From: a virus
DNA: 64,000 nt
Reading direction: 5' to 3' (one strand)
IMG/VR virus record: IMGVR_UViG_3300023174_009221
The first letter of the stretch is position 1; every line of letters begins with the position of its first letter. Shown piece by piece: positions 10,183 to 20,741 of this stretch. A model generated the notes under the pieces. The model was not told the DNA's origin. It ran no database searches and saw nothing but the letters and a program-made list of their open reading frames with translations. The translations under genes were made by a program, and so were the position numbers.

Positions 10183-10758
10183 CTATCTTAAATCATCTGG
10201 TAATTCATACCCAATAATCTCGGTTTTTCGCCATCTCATCTTATAGCAAAAAATGATAAATGAAGAAGACCACTCGCCATCTAAGCTTGATTGAAAATAA
10301 AGAGTAGAGTATTTTTTTAGTCTCTTGTTTTTAATGATTGATGAAATACTGGAGTCTTTTTTAAGTACGTCAAATATCGATTTGGCGCAAACTTTGCACC
10401 TATCACCTGAATTTTTTACCCTAAGTATTACCGGTTGATTTAGGGAATCCGAGAACATTTCACAAAAGTCGAGGGTAAGTCCATTAACCCAATTTGTTTG
10501 ATAACTAATTGATCCTGGTCTTAGTCCCAATCTTAATCTTAAATTATCAATTGAATCACAAACCAATTGATTCACTTTTGAATTAGTAGTAAATAATTGA
10601 TAGTTTTCTTTGTCTTTTTTTAGCTCTGCTTGACCATTTTGAATCTTGTTGTATGATTGTTTATGGTTATTTTCCCAATCAATTAATTGGTATTCTGATA
10701 TGTTCTGTGAGAAACAGAAATTAGAAATAGTTAAAATTATAAATAATATTTTTTTCAT
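10183..10758 (-). CDS. Secreted hypothetical protein
   Basis: Signal peptide MKKILFIILTISNFCFSQ. Confidence 0.6.
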   Translation of the reverse strand: MKKILFIILTISNFCFSQNISEYQLIDWENNHKQSYNKIQNGQAELKKDKENYQLFTTNSKVNQLVCDSIDNLRLRLGLRPGSISYQTNWVNGLTLDFCEMFSDSLNQPVILRVKNSGDRCKVCAKSIFDVLKKDSSISSIIKNKRLKKYSTLYFQSSLDGEWSSSFIIFCYKMRWRKTEIIGYELPDDLR

Positions 10759-10947
10759 ACGGTTTTTATTTGAAAATAGAGAAATGTTTATATTTTTTTA
10801 GTCGTGTTTATTATCTATTATTTTTAAAATCCTAATTAAGTATTTTTACTTATTTAATGCTATGTATATCTGTGTAATTTCTCTAAAACTCAATAAACAC
10901 AAACATCTCCGCGAAATTTGATTTATATATAAAATAAAAAAAACCCA

Positions 10948-12642
10948 ATGAAAAATTTATCACTTTTAATAATTCTATTAATCTCGTTCAATTTATTTTG
11001 TCAAAAATCCATCTGGATAAGATTAGAAAATGAGCCAAAATTTATAAATCAAAAATGGTCTTTTCAAGATTCAATCATCGATAATTCCATTCAACAATAT
11101 CAAATCACAGACATTAAAAAAGCTTTGCCTGTGGCAAAATCAAAAAAACTATCTACTATCTGGGAAATAAGTTGTCAATGTGATATCAAAGATTTACAAT
11201 CGTCAATTAATCGCGTTGTTGGATCAGACTCGGCTCAATTATCACCAAATTATCAACCACTCTACACTCCCAACGATTGGAACTTATTTTCTGGTTCAAA
11301 CTGGGCAGTCGACTTAATTGGCTCTAATCAAGCTTGGCATATAACCAAAGGCAGTGCTAGTTTCAAAATTGGCATTTCTGATCAAAATATAGATGTGACA
11401 CATGAAGAGTTAGTCGGTAAAGTTTTATATTGGGACCAGAACAATACCCAAACTACTTCTCACGGAAATGCTGTTTCTGTAATTGCTGCCGGAAATACTG
11501 ACAACGGCATCGGGCTAAGTTCTATTGGTTTTAACTCAAGTATCAACTTTTATAACATGAACTATAACGGAATTTTACAAGCGGCCTATGATGGCGTTGA
11601 TGTAGTAAACATTAGTTGGACTTCGGGCTGTTTTTTCAATCAATATGAAAAAGATGTAATTGATGAAGTCTGGTCTTTAGGAACATTTTTAGTAGCAGCT
11701 GCCGGTAACGGAAACACTTGCGGCTGGGCAGGAGCTGCGGTTTACCCTGCCTCTTATGCTCAAGTTTTTAGCGTAAGTTCAATTGGAAAAACTGATAACC
11801 ACGAAACAATATCCGGTGATACCACATCTACACATCAACACAATTTAACTGTAGATTTAGTAGCTCCAGGATACGATGTGCCGATTTGTCCAGTATCCGG
11901 CTGGTATATCGAGTCTTCAGGTACTTCTTATGCGGCTCCTTTTGTTACCGGAACAATTGCTCTTATGTTGACTAAAAATCCGTGTCTCACTAATTATGAT
12001 ATTGAATTTATACTAAAATCGACCAGTGTAGATATCTATCCAAATAACACATCATACTTAGGTCTACTTGGCTCCGGCAGGCTAAACAGCGCAGCAGCCG
12101 TTTTAGCGGCTTCACAATTTTCACAAACAAACATTCAAATATCCACCAGTTGGACTCAGTCAGCAGGTCAAATTTTAATTAATCCATCTGGTCTACAACA
12201 ACCTGTAGTCACCTCCTGGTCTAATGGAATGACTGGTTTACAAAACTCCAATTTAGACTCTGGTTACTACCATATTACTTTAGAAGACGCTCACGGTTGC
12301 CAAATTGACACTGTAGTCTATTTACAAACGGTTTATCCACCAGTTTTAGATACGCTACCTTCTCTAATTGACAACCCAGCTGACTGGCCGGCACTAAGCG
12401 ATTCTACTTTAGAGGTGGGTGTATCAGAAATCCAGTTGATTAACGTTTATCCAAATCCCAGTTTTGGTGACATAACAGTTGTAAATGATTCCACTAAAGA
12501 TTGGTTGATTGTAGATGAAAATGGTAGGTTGGTTTTGACTAAATCGGCTAAAAAAGTATCTGAAAATATCAGATTACACTCTGGAGTTTATTTTCTTAAA
12601 TTAGTTGAAACCGGAAAATGCAAAAAGATTATCATACTCTAA
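10948..12642 (+). CDS. S8 subtilisin-like peptidase with T9SS type A C-terminal domain
   Basis: D (ISDQ), HG, AAGN, GTSYAAP; SprB-like repeat; C-terminal VYPNPS...SGVYFLK...KKIII. Confidence 0.85.
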   Translation: MKNLSLLIILLISFNLFCQKSIWIRLENEPKFINQKWSFQDSIIDNSIQQYQITDIKKALPVAKSKKLSTIWEISCQCDIKDLQSSINRVVGSDSAQLSPNYQPLYTPNDWNLFSGSNWAVDLIGSNQAWHITKGSASFKIGISDQNIDVTHEELVGKVLYWDQNNTQTTSHGNAVSVIAAGNTDNGIGLSSIGFNSSINFYNMNYNGILQAAYDGVDVVNISWTSGCFFNQYEKDVIDEVWSLGTFLVAAAGNGNTCGWAGAAVYPASYAQVFSVSSIGKTDNHETISGDTTSTHQHNLTVDLVAPGYDVPICPVSGWYIESSGTSYAAPFVTGTIALMLTKNPCLTNYDIEFILKSTSVDIYPNNTSYLGLLGSGRLNSAAAVLAASQFSQTNIQISTSWTQSAGQILINPSGLQQPVVTSWSNGMTGLQNSNLDSGYYHITLEDAHGCQIDTVVYLQTVYPPVLDTLPSLIDNPADWPALSDSTLEVGVSEIQLINVYPNPSFGDITVVNDSTKDWLIVDENGRLVLTKSAKKVSENIRLHSGVYFLKLVETGKCKKIIIL

Positions 12643-12672
12643 ACTTATAAATCTAAAATAGTATAACAACTT

Positions 12673-13035
12673 ATGGAAATAACAAAAGTAAGTTATGAAA
12701 AGGTTGAAGAAGCATTTGGTCAAATTAAACCGGATCTCCTAGACAAAAATGCTGTTTACTTTGGTTGTATCATCAAAGATAAACTCGTTGGAGTTGTATC
12801 TTATGTTGAACAGGAGAAAGTTATTTATCTCTGTCATGCCTATGTTCACGACGATTGGCGAGGAAGAGGTATCTATAAATTACTTTGGAATTACAGAGAA
12901 TCCAAAATTTGGGACTCGGATAAAAATATTTATGCACACTGTAATGTCGATAGTCTAAAATACTTTATCAATAATGGGTATAACATTGAAAAGGCGCTTT
13001 TCAAAGTTGTAAAAAATAAAAGTCAAAGTTGGTAA
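12673..13035 (+). CDS. GNAT acetyltransferase
   Basis: YVHDDWRGRGIY acetyl-CoA motif. Confidence 0.75.
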   Translation: MEITKVSYEKVEEAFGQIKPDLLDKNAVYFGCIIKDKLVGVVSYVEQEKVIYLCHAYVHDDWRGRGIYKLLWNYRESKIWDSDKNIYAHCNVDSLKYFINNGYNIEKALFKVVKNKSQSW

Positions 13036-13041
13036 AATAAA

Positions 13042-13383
13042 TCACAGTTCATCATCACCGTGATTTACTGGCGTGCTATCTTTTTCACTGTTATAATCCA
13101 GCCACATGTGATAATAATCATCAAGTGTTTCGATTTTGTCAAAAATTTCTTTTTCTTTCATCACCGGACGACTCCTATCGTATCTATTAACAAGAGAGCC
13201 AAAAAAGGATTTACCCGGATTTATTTTTGTTTTTAACCACGTCTCAAAATTTTTGACCTCATCTAAACTACATCTCAGCTGCTTTGATAAACCATCATAA
13301 GTCCATTCTGGTAGAAATTCAGATTTTGTATCTGAGATTTGGCTTTCTCTAACAAATTCTAAAAAATATTTAATTCTTCTCAT
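13042..13383 (-). CDS. Hypothetical protein with capsid-targeting-like N-terminus
   Basis: MRRIKYFLEFVRES; TAATATATA upstream. Confidence 0.6.
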   Translation of the reverse strand: MRRIKYFLEFVRESQISDTKSEFLPEWTYDGLSKQLRCSLDEVKNFETWLKTKINPGKSFFGSLVNRYDRSRPVMKEKEIFDKIETLDDYYHMWLDYNSEKDSTPVNHGDDEL

Positions 13384-13412
13384 AGAATTATATATTAATT
13401 CTAAAATATAGA

Positions 13413-14594
13413 TTAATTTAACTTAGGGACATCACTCCAATCAGTAGTCCAATTTTTTGAAAGAAAATCGCGGCGTGTCATCCACATTTGGTTTTTAATT
13501 TCGGGTTTTTGTTTTTGACTAAATTGTTCGTTAAATAATTTAGGCGAATGGAAGTTTTCTGGAACCAAATCAAAAAACATAACTCCTGCCTTAGCCCAAA
13601 GTTTAGTTGGAATTTCTTCAAGTAGGTCAAATATTTCGTTCCAAATATTTTGAATATCATTCGATGGTTCGAATAATTGTATTTTTTTTGACCAAACAAA
13701 ATAATCATCTTCAAAACGGTTGGTTGTTGCAAAAATTAAAACAGTTTTACTTTTTAACTGCTCAGATTTTAACTTAGACGAAGCGTCTTCTATAAAATTC
13801 CAAATGGCATCTTGGACTTGTGTTTTTTGCCAAACGGTTCTACCAAAACTCCTAGAAGAAGTAACCACTTTAGGTTTTTTGAATTTAGTTTCAATGTCAT
13901 AAACAAAACTCCCATGTAGCTCCATCCAGGTTCTATATCCGACTACGGTAAACATCATTTTTACTTGATATGGTGACATTTCCTTAAATTGCCCTATATA
14001 ATCAACACCAATTGAATTTAACTTTTTTTTCCACTTCCTGCCGATTCCCCAAACATCTTCAATGTCTAAATCATCAATGTTTGGACCAGTCCAATAAGAA
14101 CAAACACCGGCCCACTTTGAATCTTTCTTTGCAACATAATTCATCAACTTAGCAATTGTTTTATTTGGACCCACTCCAATAGATACCGGAATTCCAGTTA
14201 GTCTAAGCACCTCGGATTTAATGATTTGTAAATAGTCGACTATCTCGGAGTCCGGTATATCACTAAGGTCTAAAAATGACTCATCAATGGAATAAACTTC
14301 TACTCTATCGCAAAATCTTTTTAGGATATTTGAAATTCTATCAGAGATATCACCATAAAGCACATAATTAGAAGAAAACTTGTGCATTTTTTCTTTAACT
14401 GATTGTTCTAGTTTAAAGACAGGTTGTCCCATTTTAACACCCATATCTTTAACCTCCTGGCTTCTAGCAATAACACAACCATCGTTGTTTGAAAGAACTA
14501 CTGTTGGCTTTGATTTAAGAGAGGGATTAAATAACCTTTCACAAGAGACGTAAAAATTATTACAATCGATGATTGCTATTTTTTTAACTGGCAT
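13413..14594 (-). CDS. umuC: Y-family DNA polymerase (UmuC-like)
   Basis: [38 protein letters not shown]-terminal WTTDW. Confidence 0.9.
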   Translation of the reverse strand: MPVKKIAIIDCNNFYVSCERLFNPSLKSKPTVVLSNNDGCVIARSQEVKDMGVKMGQPVFKLEQSVKEKMHKFSSNYVLYGDISDRISNILKRFCDRVEVYSIDESFLDLSDIPDSEIVDYLQIIKSEVLRLTGIPVSIGVGPNKTIAKLMNYVAKKDSKWAGVCSYWTGPNIDDLDIEDVWGIGRKWKKKLNSIGVDYIGQFKEMSPYQVKMMFTVVGYRTWMELHGSFVYDIETKFKKPKVVTSSRSFGRTVWQKTQVQDAIWNFIEDASSKLKSEQLKSKTVLIFATTNRFEDDYFVWSKKIQLFEPSNDIQNIWNEIFDLLEEIPTKLWAKAGVMFFDLVPENFHSPKLFNEQFSQKQKPEIKNQMWMTRRDFLSKNWTTDWSDVPKLN

Positions 14595-14893
14595 AATTTC
14601 CAAGTTATTACACCCCATAGTTTATCAGGGTTGATGTTATTAAATAAATCCAATTCAAGTTTTTCTTCGCCATTAAAAACAACCAAATCATCTGGGTTTG
14701 GCAAAGCGGCTCTATCAACCACTAAATAATCACCCGGACTTAAGCCCCCTTTTTCTTCACCTTCCCATTGAAAAAAAAATGTTGAATAAGGGTCTGTTAT
14801 AAGTAAGTCGTTTGGATCTAATCTTTTTGTTGAGTAAGCCCGAGCAGGAGAACCAAATCCAGTTGTTTTTGTGTTTATTGTAAAACCATCCAT
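14576..14893 (-). CDS. umuD: UmuD-like protein, apparently lacking the catalytic Ser/Lys
   Basis: [33 protein letters not shown]; directly upstream of umuC. Confidence 0.7.
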   Translation of the reverse strand: MDGFTINTKTTGFGSPARAYSTKRLDPNDLLITDPYSTFFFQWEGEEKGGLSPGDYLVVDRAALPNPDDLVVFNGEEKLELDLFNNINPDKLWGVITWKLCQLKK

Positions 14894-14899
14894 AATAGA

Positions 14900-14931
14900 C
14901 AAATTTAGTAAAAAAAATTGAATGTGGCAAA
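14900..14931 (-). promoter_or_regulatory. Bacteroidota sigma-A-type promoter for umuDC
   Basis: TTTG-N20-TAAATTTG. Confidence 0.65.
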
Positions 14932-14940
14932 AAAAAACTT

Positions 14941-15219
14941 TTAATAGTCGTCGTTGTAATCGTCGTCGTAATCAGGAAAATAGTCATCATCACTATCATC
15001 GTCATCATTTCGGTCAGTGTCAGCAAAAACACTATTTTCTTCAAACAGTTCAGATAAATATTGAATGTCATCATCATCTAATTCAATATCTTCAATAGTC
15101 AGTATATCACGGTCAATTGAATAGTCAATTTTTCCTTCTTTTTGATATGATTTAAGTGTTTTGTTGATTAACTTTCTATCCACGCATTCATCTAAATTGT
15201 AATATCTGTATATTTCCAT
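14941..15219 (-). CDS. Small highly acidic protein
   Basis: Asp-rich C-terminus. Confidence 0.6.
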   Translation of the reverse strand: MEIYRYYNLDECVDRKLINKTLKSYQKEGKIDYSIDRDILTIEDIELDDDDIQYLSELFEENSVFADTDRNDDDDSDDDYFPDYDDDYNDDY

Positions 15220-15224
15220 AGTTA

Positions 15225-15974
15225 TTAATTATATTTATTAAAAATCTGTTCAATTTGAGCATCTGTTAATACCGGTTTTTCATCAGCGATTGCAGATGAT
15301 GTTCCTACCCAGAATTTTTCACCATCCTCTAAATAAATTACCTGTATATAATGACCACCGCACTTAAGAGTCAAAATACTCTCGGTTAATTCAACCGGCA
15401 TTAGGTCTAAGCTCCTATCGAAATTAAAGTTTCCGATTTTTTTAACGAACTCCCAATTTCGACTTTTATAATATTCGATTTCTAAAAGTTTTAAAAATTT
15501 AGGACCTTTTTTTAAAATCTGGTTTTTTCTAACACCATGCACATCTTTTTTATCAAATCCCAAAGTGATATGTGGGTCTAATTCACTCAGTTCGAATCTG
15601 GTTCTAACGGCGGCTAATTTATCTGATTTACAAACTACAAAAAAACATCTATTTGGACCATCTTGTGCTGTTCCTAAGCCCTGAAATTGTAGGTCATCTA
15701 TTTCGAAATGGAATATTCTTTGGTCAAGTGCGTTGATAAATTTATCCATTCCAAAATGTTGTATACATCTTCCGTAGTCAGCAACTCCAATAACAGTTAT
15801 ATGGTATTTAGCACCATCTCTTAATTTTTGATTATCGGTAAATTTAGTGAAATCTGCTTCTCCGATTAATTTTTTTAATTCATCTAAGTAAGGTTGAACT
15901 TGCGATTGGTCTATTCTAATTCCTAAGTAATTTTGACCCAGTTTGTCTTTTAAGTAAGTGATATAGTAAGTCAT
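15225..15974 (-). CDS. 2H phosphoesterase
   Basis: Two H-x-T motifs: YHITVI and PHITLG. Confidence 0.75.
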   Translation of the reverse strand: MTYYITYLKDKLGQNYLGIRIDQSQVQPYLDELKKLIGEADFTKFTDNQKLRDGAKYHITVIGVADYGRCIQHFGMDKFINALDQRIFHFEIDDLQFQGLGTAQDGPNRCFFVVCKSDKLAAVRTRFELSELDPHITLGFDKKDVHGVRKNQILKKGPKFLKLLEIEYYKSRNWEFVKKIGNFNFDRSLDLMPVELTESILTLKCGGHYIQVIYLEDGEKFWVGTSSAIADEKPVLTDAQIEQIFNKYN

Positions 15975-16057
15975 GATGAGTTTATATATTAATATCTTTT
16001 TTTATTTCACATATCATTAGTTTGTGATTCTAAAAAATTGTTGGTATTTTTTAATCC

Positions 16058-17017
16058 TCATTTTAATTTTCTTTTATTTAGAATATTCCAATCATTTTTA
16101 AGTTGTGTAATATTTTCCTTTATCCAATCTTTTAAAAACCCCTCATCAGATTCAAAACCATTAAAAGATTTATAACCAGTGCTTGATTCCAAAACTTTAA
16201 TTTTAGAACCATCAAATGGTTTGGTTAATGATATTGAAAATTGAAAGTCTTTATATTTTCTATCACCGTTATATTTTCTACCAAAATGAAATCTTGGTTC
16301 CCCATATTTTTCTTCAAATAGAAATATCTCATATTCATCAAATTCAATTTTTTTATAAATTCCATTTCTTAAATTTGAATTATATTCCAATAGGTATTTA
16401 TTCTCTGATATAGAATCAAAATCAATATTATTTTTTATTTCATTGAAAATAGACATCTCTTCCTCGGTCAACTCAAAATTAGTTATATCCAATTCTATAT
16501 TATTCTCATAACAATATCTACAAAGTTCTATTATATCAACTCTATCCCTATCATTTGTTTTCGACCTAAATAACTTTAGAGCTATTAAACCAAGTGGTGA
16601 GGCAACCTTTATACCATCTGAATTAATTGATGTCTCAAAAACACTCTCAAATAAAGAACTATCCTTATTTATGTGTTCTGGAGTTATCAACTCAATCTCA
16701 ACCCCGGTCTTTATATGTTCAAATGAGTGTTTTCTATTCCTTCTAAACTTGTAAACATTCGTTGGTATATCTTCGTCTGTTAAAAATATTAAATCAATAT
16801 CCTCTGTATATCTAGGTTTTATATAATATGATAAAGCTATACCACCTATAAGAACGCAATTAGACGTGTTAGATGATTTCCAATCGTCAAGTGCGACCAT
16901 TACTTCTTTAGGTATTATAGACTCATATATACTTCTAATACCATCATTTTTCCATTTAGATTTTTTTCTACTAGTAAATAATGAAAAGTCTTTATATGAT
17001 AATATCTCTTTTCTCAT
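16058..17017 (-). CDS. Nucleotidyltransferase (AbiEii-like) fused to a DUF4160-like domain
   Basis: LIGGIAL...PRYTEDID, LIALK...DRVDI; C-terminal EPRFHF...W..N...L...W. Confidence 0.65.
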   Translation of the reverse strand: MRKEILSYKDFSLFTSRKKSKWKNDGIRSIYESIIPKEVMVALDDWKSSNTSNCVLIGGIALSYYIKPRYTEDIDLIFLTDEDIPTNVYKFRRNRKHSFEHIKTGVEIELITPEHINKDSSLFESVFETSINSDGIKVASPLGLIALKLFRSKTNDRDRVDIIELCRYCYENNIELDITNFELTEEEMSIFNEIKNNIDFDSISENKYLLEYNSNLRNGIYKKIEFDEYEIFLFEEKYGEPRFHFGRKYNGDRKYKDFQFSISLTKPFDGSKIKVLESSTGYKSFNGFESDEGFLKDWIKENITQLKNDWNILNKRKLK

Positions 17018-17054
17018 ATGTTTATATATAAAAACAAAGATAATAAAAAAATAA

Positions 17055-18332
17055 TTAATCTCTATATAAATTATTTAATCTTGTCACTCTTAACTTATCA
17101 ATAAGTTCTTCAAATTCTGAAAGTTCTACTGGTCTTTGGTCATTCTCACAAAGCTCTTCTAATATTTGTTCTTTGAAATCTTTCCCATTTGGCTGTATGT
17201 ATTCAATATCTCCTTCAAACAAACCTACAATTAGATTTTTAAATTTGATAGCTTCTCTTCTGTTTGCAAAATAAACTTCACTGAACTCAGAACCTTCAAT
17301 AGATATTTGACCAGTTGGTCTCATAGGAAGCTTCTGACCTTCTGCTGATTTATAATCACTGTTTGAAAGACAGATATAAATATCCTGTAACCAAATAATT
17401 CCATTATGTGAATTGGTATATCCAGAGATATCATCTCCAAAATACCATTCTAAATTTGCAGCATCTTCTTCACCAACTGGATGAACACCTTGCATAATAC
17501 CTATCCAAAGATTTTGTCTGTCTCCATCTAACCATTCTTCTAAATTTTCATGATAATAACTATCATTAAAAAGTAAGCTTAAATAACAATTTGTAAATTT
17601 AACTTCACTTCCTCCACCTCTTACAAGTTTTAATTGAAATTGGCCTAATTTTTTAGCTTCTTCTAATACTCTCTTTTTTATTGCATTCTTTTCTCTCTCC
17701 TGAATTTCTTTAGCATAATCTGATAAAACTTCTGGTCTTCTTATATGACCCATTTTTTTAAGTTTATCAGCAGCACTTAAATAAGTAGATGGACTTAATT
17801 CTTCATTTGTAGATAATCTTGAAATACTCTCAGTATTATCAACTTCAATTAATTTCTTTTCAAATTTAATATCAAAAGTCCATTTAGTAATTTTATTAAA
17901 TGTTCCTGGTTCATAAACTGATGTTTGAGTAATATGGGGAAATTGTAAAACATCTTTTAATTCAGATTTTATTTTACCACTACTATCAGTTCCCCAGAAA
18001 TACCCCGGTTTTATTGTTTTAACTTCGTAATCATCTGGATTTTCTCTAAAATCGACATCATCTTTACAAGTAAAATCAACAATGTTGTAGCCTTCTGATT
18101 TCATATAGTTTGAAATATCAGATATAACTCCAGATATATCACCCCAACTAAATTCTCTTTCTCTTGAGACATGAACTCTCACTGATTCGTGTTGATTATG
18201 ATAATTTTGAATACTAACGGTTGTATGAAACTCAGAATCTCTTAAATCTAATAACATATCTTCAATCACTGATTTATATTCGTGATTTTGATAAACAGCA
18301 ACAGCTTCTTTATATGTTTTTAGATATCTCAT
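17055..18332 (-). CDS. Paralog-array protein 4 (two-module, tagged)
   Basis: MRYLKTYKE; internal NEELSPSTYLSAADKLKKMGH; FANRREAIKFK; NLYRD. Confidence 0.7.
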   Translation of the reverse strand: MRYLKTYKEAVAVYQNHEYKSVIEDMLLDLRDSEFHTTVSIQNYHNQHESVRVHVSREREFSWGDISGVISDISNYMKSEGYNIVDFTCKDDVDFRENPDDYEVKTIKPGYFWGTDSSGKIKSELKDVLQFPHITQTSVYEPGTFNKITKWTFDIKFEKKLIEVDNTESISRLSTNEELSPSTYLSAADKLKKMGHIRRPEVLSDYAKEIQEREKNAIKKRVLEEAKKLGQFQLKLVRGGGSEVKFTNCYLSLLFNDSYYHENLEEWLDGDRQNLWIGIMQGVHPVGEEDAANLEWYFGDDISGYTNSHNGIIWLQDIYICLSNSDYKSAEGQKLPMRPTGQISIEGSEFSEVYFANRREAIKFKNLIVGLFEGDIEYIQPNGKDFKEQILEELCENDQRPVELSEFEELIDKLRVTRLNNLYRD

Positions 18333-19126
18333 TAATCTCGGTATATTTGATTTATTTTTATGTTTTTTGCAGAGTCTATAACATTTTGATAATTTACCTT
18401 ATCAACTTCAGATAAAAGATTTCTTATTTGTTCGGCTCCTTCTAACTCGCCTCTTTCTTCTTCGTTTGTTGCAAGTTTTTCAATCAATTCGGAAACAAAT
18501 TCAGGTGATACAACTTCTTTTATTCTATTAACAATACCATTTGGATTCCATTTTTTCCAATACCAATCATTTTTTCCTTCTAACATTTCAACAAGCATCT
18601 TTTTAAATCTCATAGCATCTGCCCTTGTAGCAAAATAAAACATATCTCTATCGAAAGAATCAAAAAGAGGTGAATTAACACTATTTATAGACAAATACAT
18701 TCTATTTGGATAAGAAACACCATCCCATTGTTCTGGTGACCAATTCCAATCTTTAAATGTTTCTTCGGTTTCTTCATCTGCCATCATAATTCCAAATTCA
18801 AACGGAAGTTGAATTCCATATTCCATACCCTCCCATATCCAATCCCAGAGTAAATCTTTGTACCAATCAATTTCAGCATTTGGTATAATGAAAAACTTGC
18901 CCATCTTTTCTTGATTTCCTTTAATAATAAGATTAAACGGTTCAAATCTACTCATCTCGTCTCTAGTTTCTTGAAGTCTCATTCTTTCTTCTTGTTTCTC
19001 TCTTTGAGTTGCATAATCTAACATTTCGGCACCTCTTCTTTTATGACCCATATTAGTCAATTTAGTAGCAGCACTTTTATAAGTAGATGCTTTTAATTCT
19101 TCATTAAATCTTTTTAAGTATTTCAT
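18332..19126 (-). CDS. Paralog-array protein 3 (tagged)
   Basis: MKYLKRFNEELKASTYKSAATKL..MGH; FATRADAMRFK; QIYRD. Confidence 0.7.
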   Translation of the reverse strand: MKYLKRFNEELKASTYKSAATKLTNMGHKRRGAEMLDYATQREKQEERMRLQETRDEMSRFEPFNLIIKGNQEKMGKFFIIPNAEIDWYKDLLWDWIWEGMEYGIQLPFEFGIMMADEETEETFKDWNWSPEQWDGVSYPNRMYLSINSVNSPLFDSFDRDMFYFATRADAMRFKKMLVEMLEGKNDWYWKKWNPNGIVNRIKEVVSPEFVSELIEKLATNEEERGELEGAEQIRNLLSEVDKVNYQNVIDSAKNIKINQIYRD

Positions 19127-19851
19127 AATGTTGAGTATAATAAATTTGGAGATATCGTTCTTATATAATCAGCAGCATCCTCTAACTTAAATCCATAATC
19201 AGAAGAAAATGAATTCTCGGCTAAAATGCAAGATTCTAATTTCTCATACATATAATCAACATCCGTATATCCAGAAGGATAGTTTAATTCACTATTTGTA
19301 AAGAGCTGTATTAGTAAGTTTTTAAATCTGTTCGCCGATCCTCTATCTGAGAAAGCGACTAATCCATTCATATCAGAATCATAATCCCAGAAATTCCATT
19401 TTGTAAATTGAACTCTATCATCAACTATTCTAAATTCTAAATTGAATATTTTTCCCCAGAAGAAACCATTTCCAAAGTCATAATCTGGACAAAGTTCCAT
19501 ATATTGTTTGATTAAATCTTCTGAAGTTGGAATTAGACCTAAGAAAAATGAAATACCACTTTCTGGTTCATCCGAAAAAGCCATCTCATCAAATGAAATG
19601 TCTAAATTGAAATCACCAGTTAATGTTTCACCAGTCTCTTCATTTTTGATAGTCATAGTAAAAGTTCCAAATTGGGCATAATCTTCGATTCTATCTTTCC
19701 ATTTAATCATTTCTTCTCGACTTTCCATTTCACGAGCCCAATCTTTTAAGTCATTTGATCTATCAGTATGTCCCATTTTATTAAGTTTTCTAGCAGCAGA
19801 CATATAAGTCTGTGGTCTTAATTCTTCGTTAAACTTTTTTAAATATTTCAT
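19123..19851 (-). CDS. Paralog-array protein 2 (tagged)
   Basis: MKYLKKFNEELRPQTYMSAARKL..MGH; FSDRGSANRFK. Confidence 0.7.
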   Translation of the reverse strand: MKYLKKFNEELRPQTYMSAARKLNKMGHTDRSNDLKDWAREMESREEMIKWKDRIEDYAQFGTFTMTIKNEETGETLTGDFNLDISFDEMAFSDEPESGISFFLGLIPTSEDLIKQYMELCPDYDFGNGFFWGKIFNLEFRIVDDRVQFTKWNFWDYDSDMNGLVAFSDRGSANRFKNLLIQLFTNSELNYPSGYTDVDYMYEKLESCILAENSFSSDYGFKLEDAADYIRTISPNLLYSTL

Positions 19852-19854
19852 ATC

Positions 19855-20736
19855 TTAACTAATATTTTTTTCATACCATCTACTACGAATCCAATCGCCA
19901 GATCCACCACGAGTTGGTAAATCATCATCATAAAGACCTTGAATTTTTATTTTTGTAAAAGCATCAACAGCCTTTTCTATATTTTCAGACCTACCACCAA
20001 CAACTCTTAAAACATTCATAATTGCATCTTTGATATCATCTAAATGATTAGTTAATAACCAGTTTTTAAATTTAATTGCTGATTTTCTATCACTGAAAAT
20101 ACCATAATTGTTACTATTTGGGTTTGTTATCATTACATTATAAGAAGCAGTCCACATATAAAATTCTGCTAAAGTAGTTGGAGTAAACTCTCCACCGCGA
20201 TTTTCAACTTCCCACCTAGCTTCAGAATCCCAATCATCTAAACTCCCATACCAATCACTTAAGTCTATTTGTAAGTTAAAGCCTTTAACTTCTTTAGCAG
20301 TAGGGTTATTAGCATTCGGACAAAAATTTGTACTTCTACCACTTTTTTCAATAGTTTCTCTTGTAGCCTTAAATGAAAACTCAAAACTTATATTAAGTCC
20401 ATCTTGGCCTGATTTCCACCTTTCAACTAAATCTTCTGCTAACATTTCCGGGTCCTTTCCCCGAGCCAATAATGAATTAAATTCAGCATTATATTTTTTT
20501 GGAGTTGAACCATAATAAATTCCAGTTAATCTAGGTTGAGTGAACGATAAGTCATTTGCTATAATAGCTTGATTGTTATTTGCAAAAATCATATTATAAA
20601 AACCAAACTCCTTTTCATCAGCAAAATCAAAAAGATTTGCCGCACTTTTTGATTTATTATAGTAATCAAGTTTACTACCAGCACTTCTGTAAGTCTTAAG
20701 GTCTAACTCTTCATTGAATCTTTTAATCCATTTCAT
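19855..20736 (-). CDS. Paralog-array protein 1 (tagged)
   Basis: MKWIKRFNEELDLKTYRSAGSKL; FSDRKSAIKFK. Confidence 0.7.
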   Translation of the reverse strand: MKWIKRFNEELDLKTYRSAGSKLDYYNKSKSAANLFDFADEKEFGFYNMIFANNNQAIIANDLSFTQPRLTGIYYGSTPKKYNAEFNSLLARGKDPEMLAEDLVERWKSGQDGLNISFEFSFKATRETIEKSGRSTNFCPNANNPTAKEVKGFNLQIDLSDWYGSLDDWDSEARWEVENRGGEFTPTTLAEFYMWTASYNVMITNPNSNNYGIFSDRKSAIKFKNWLLTNHLDDIKDAIMNVLRVVGGRSENIEKAVDAFTKIKIQGLYDDDLPTRGGSGDWIRSRWYEKNIS

Positions 20737-20741
20737 ACTTT

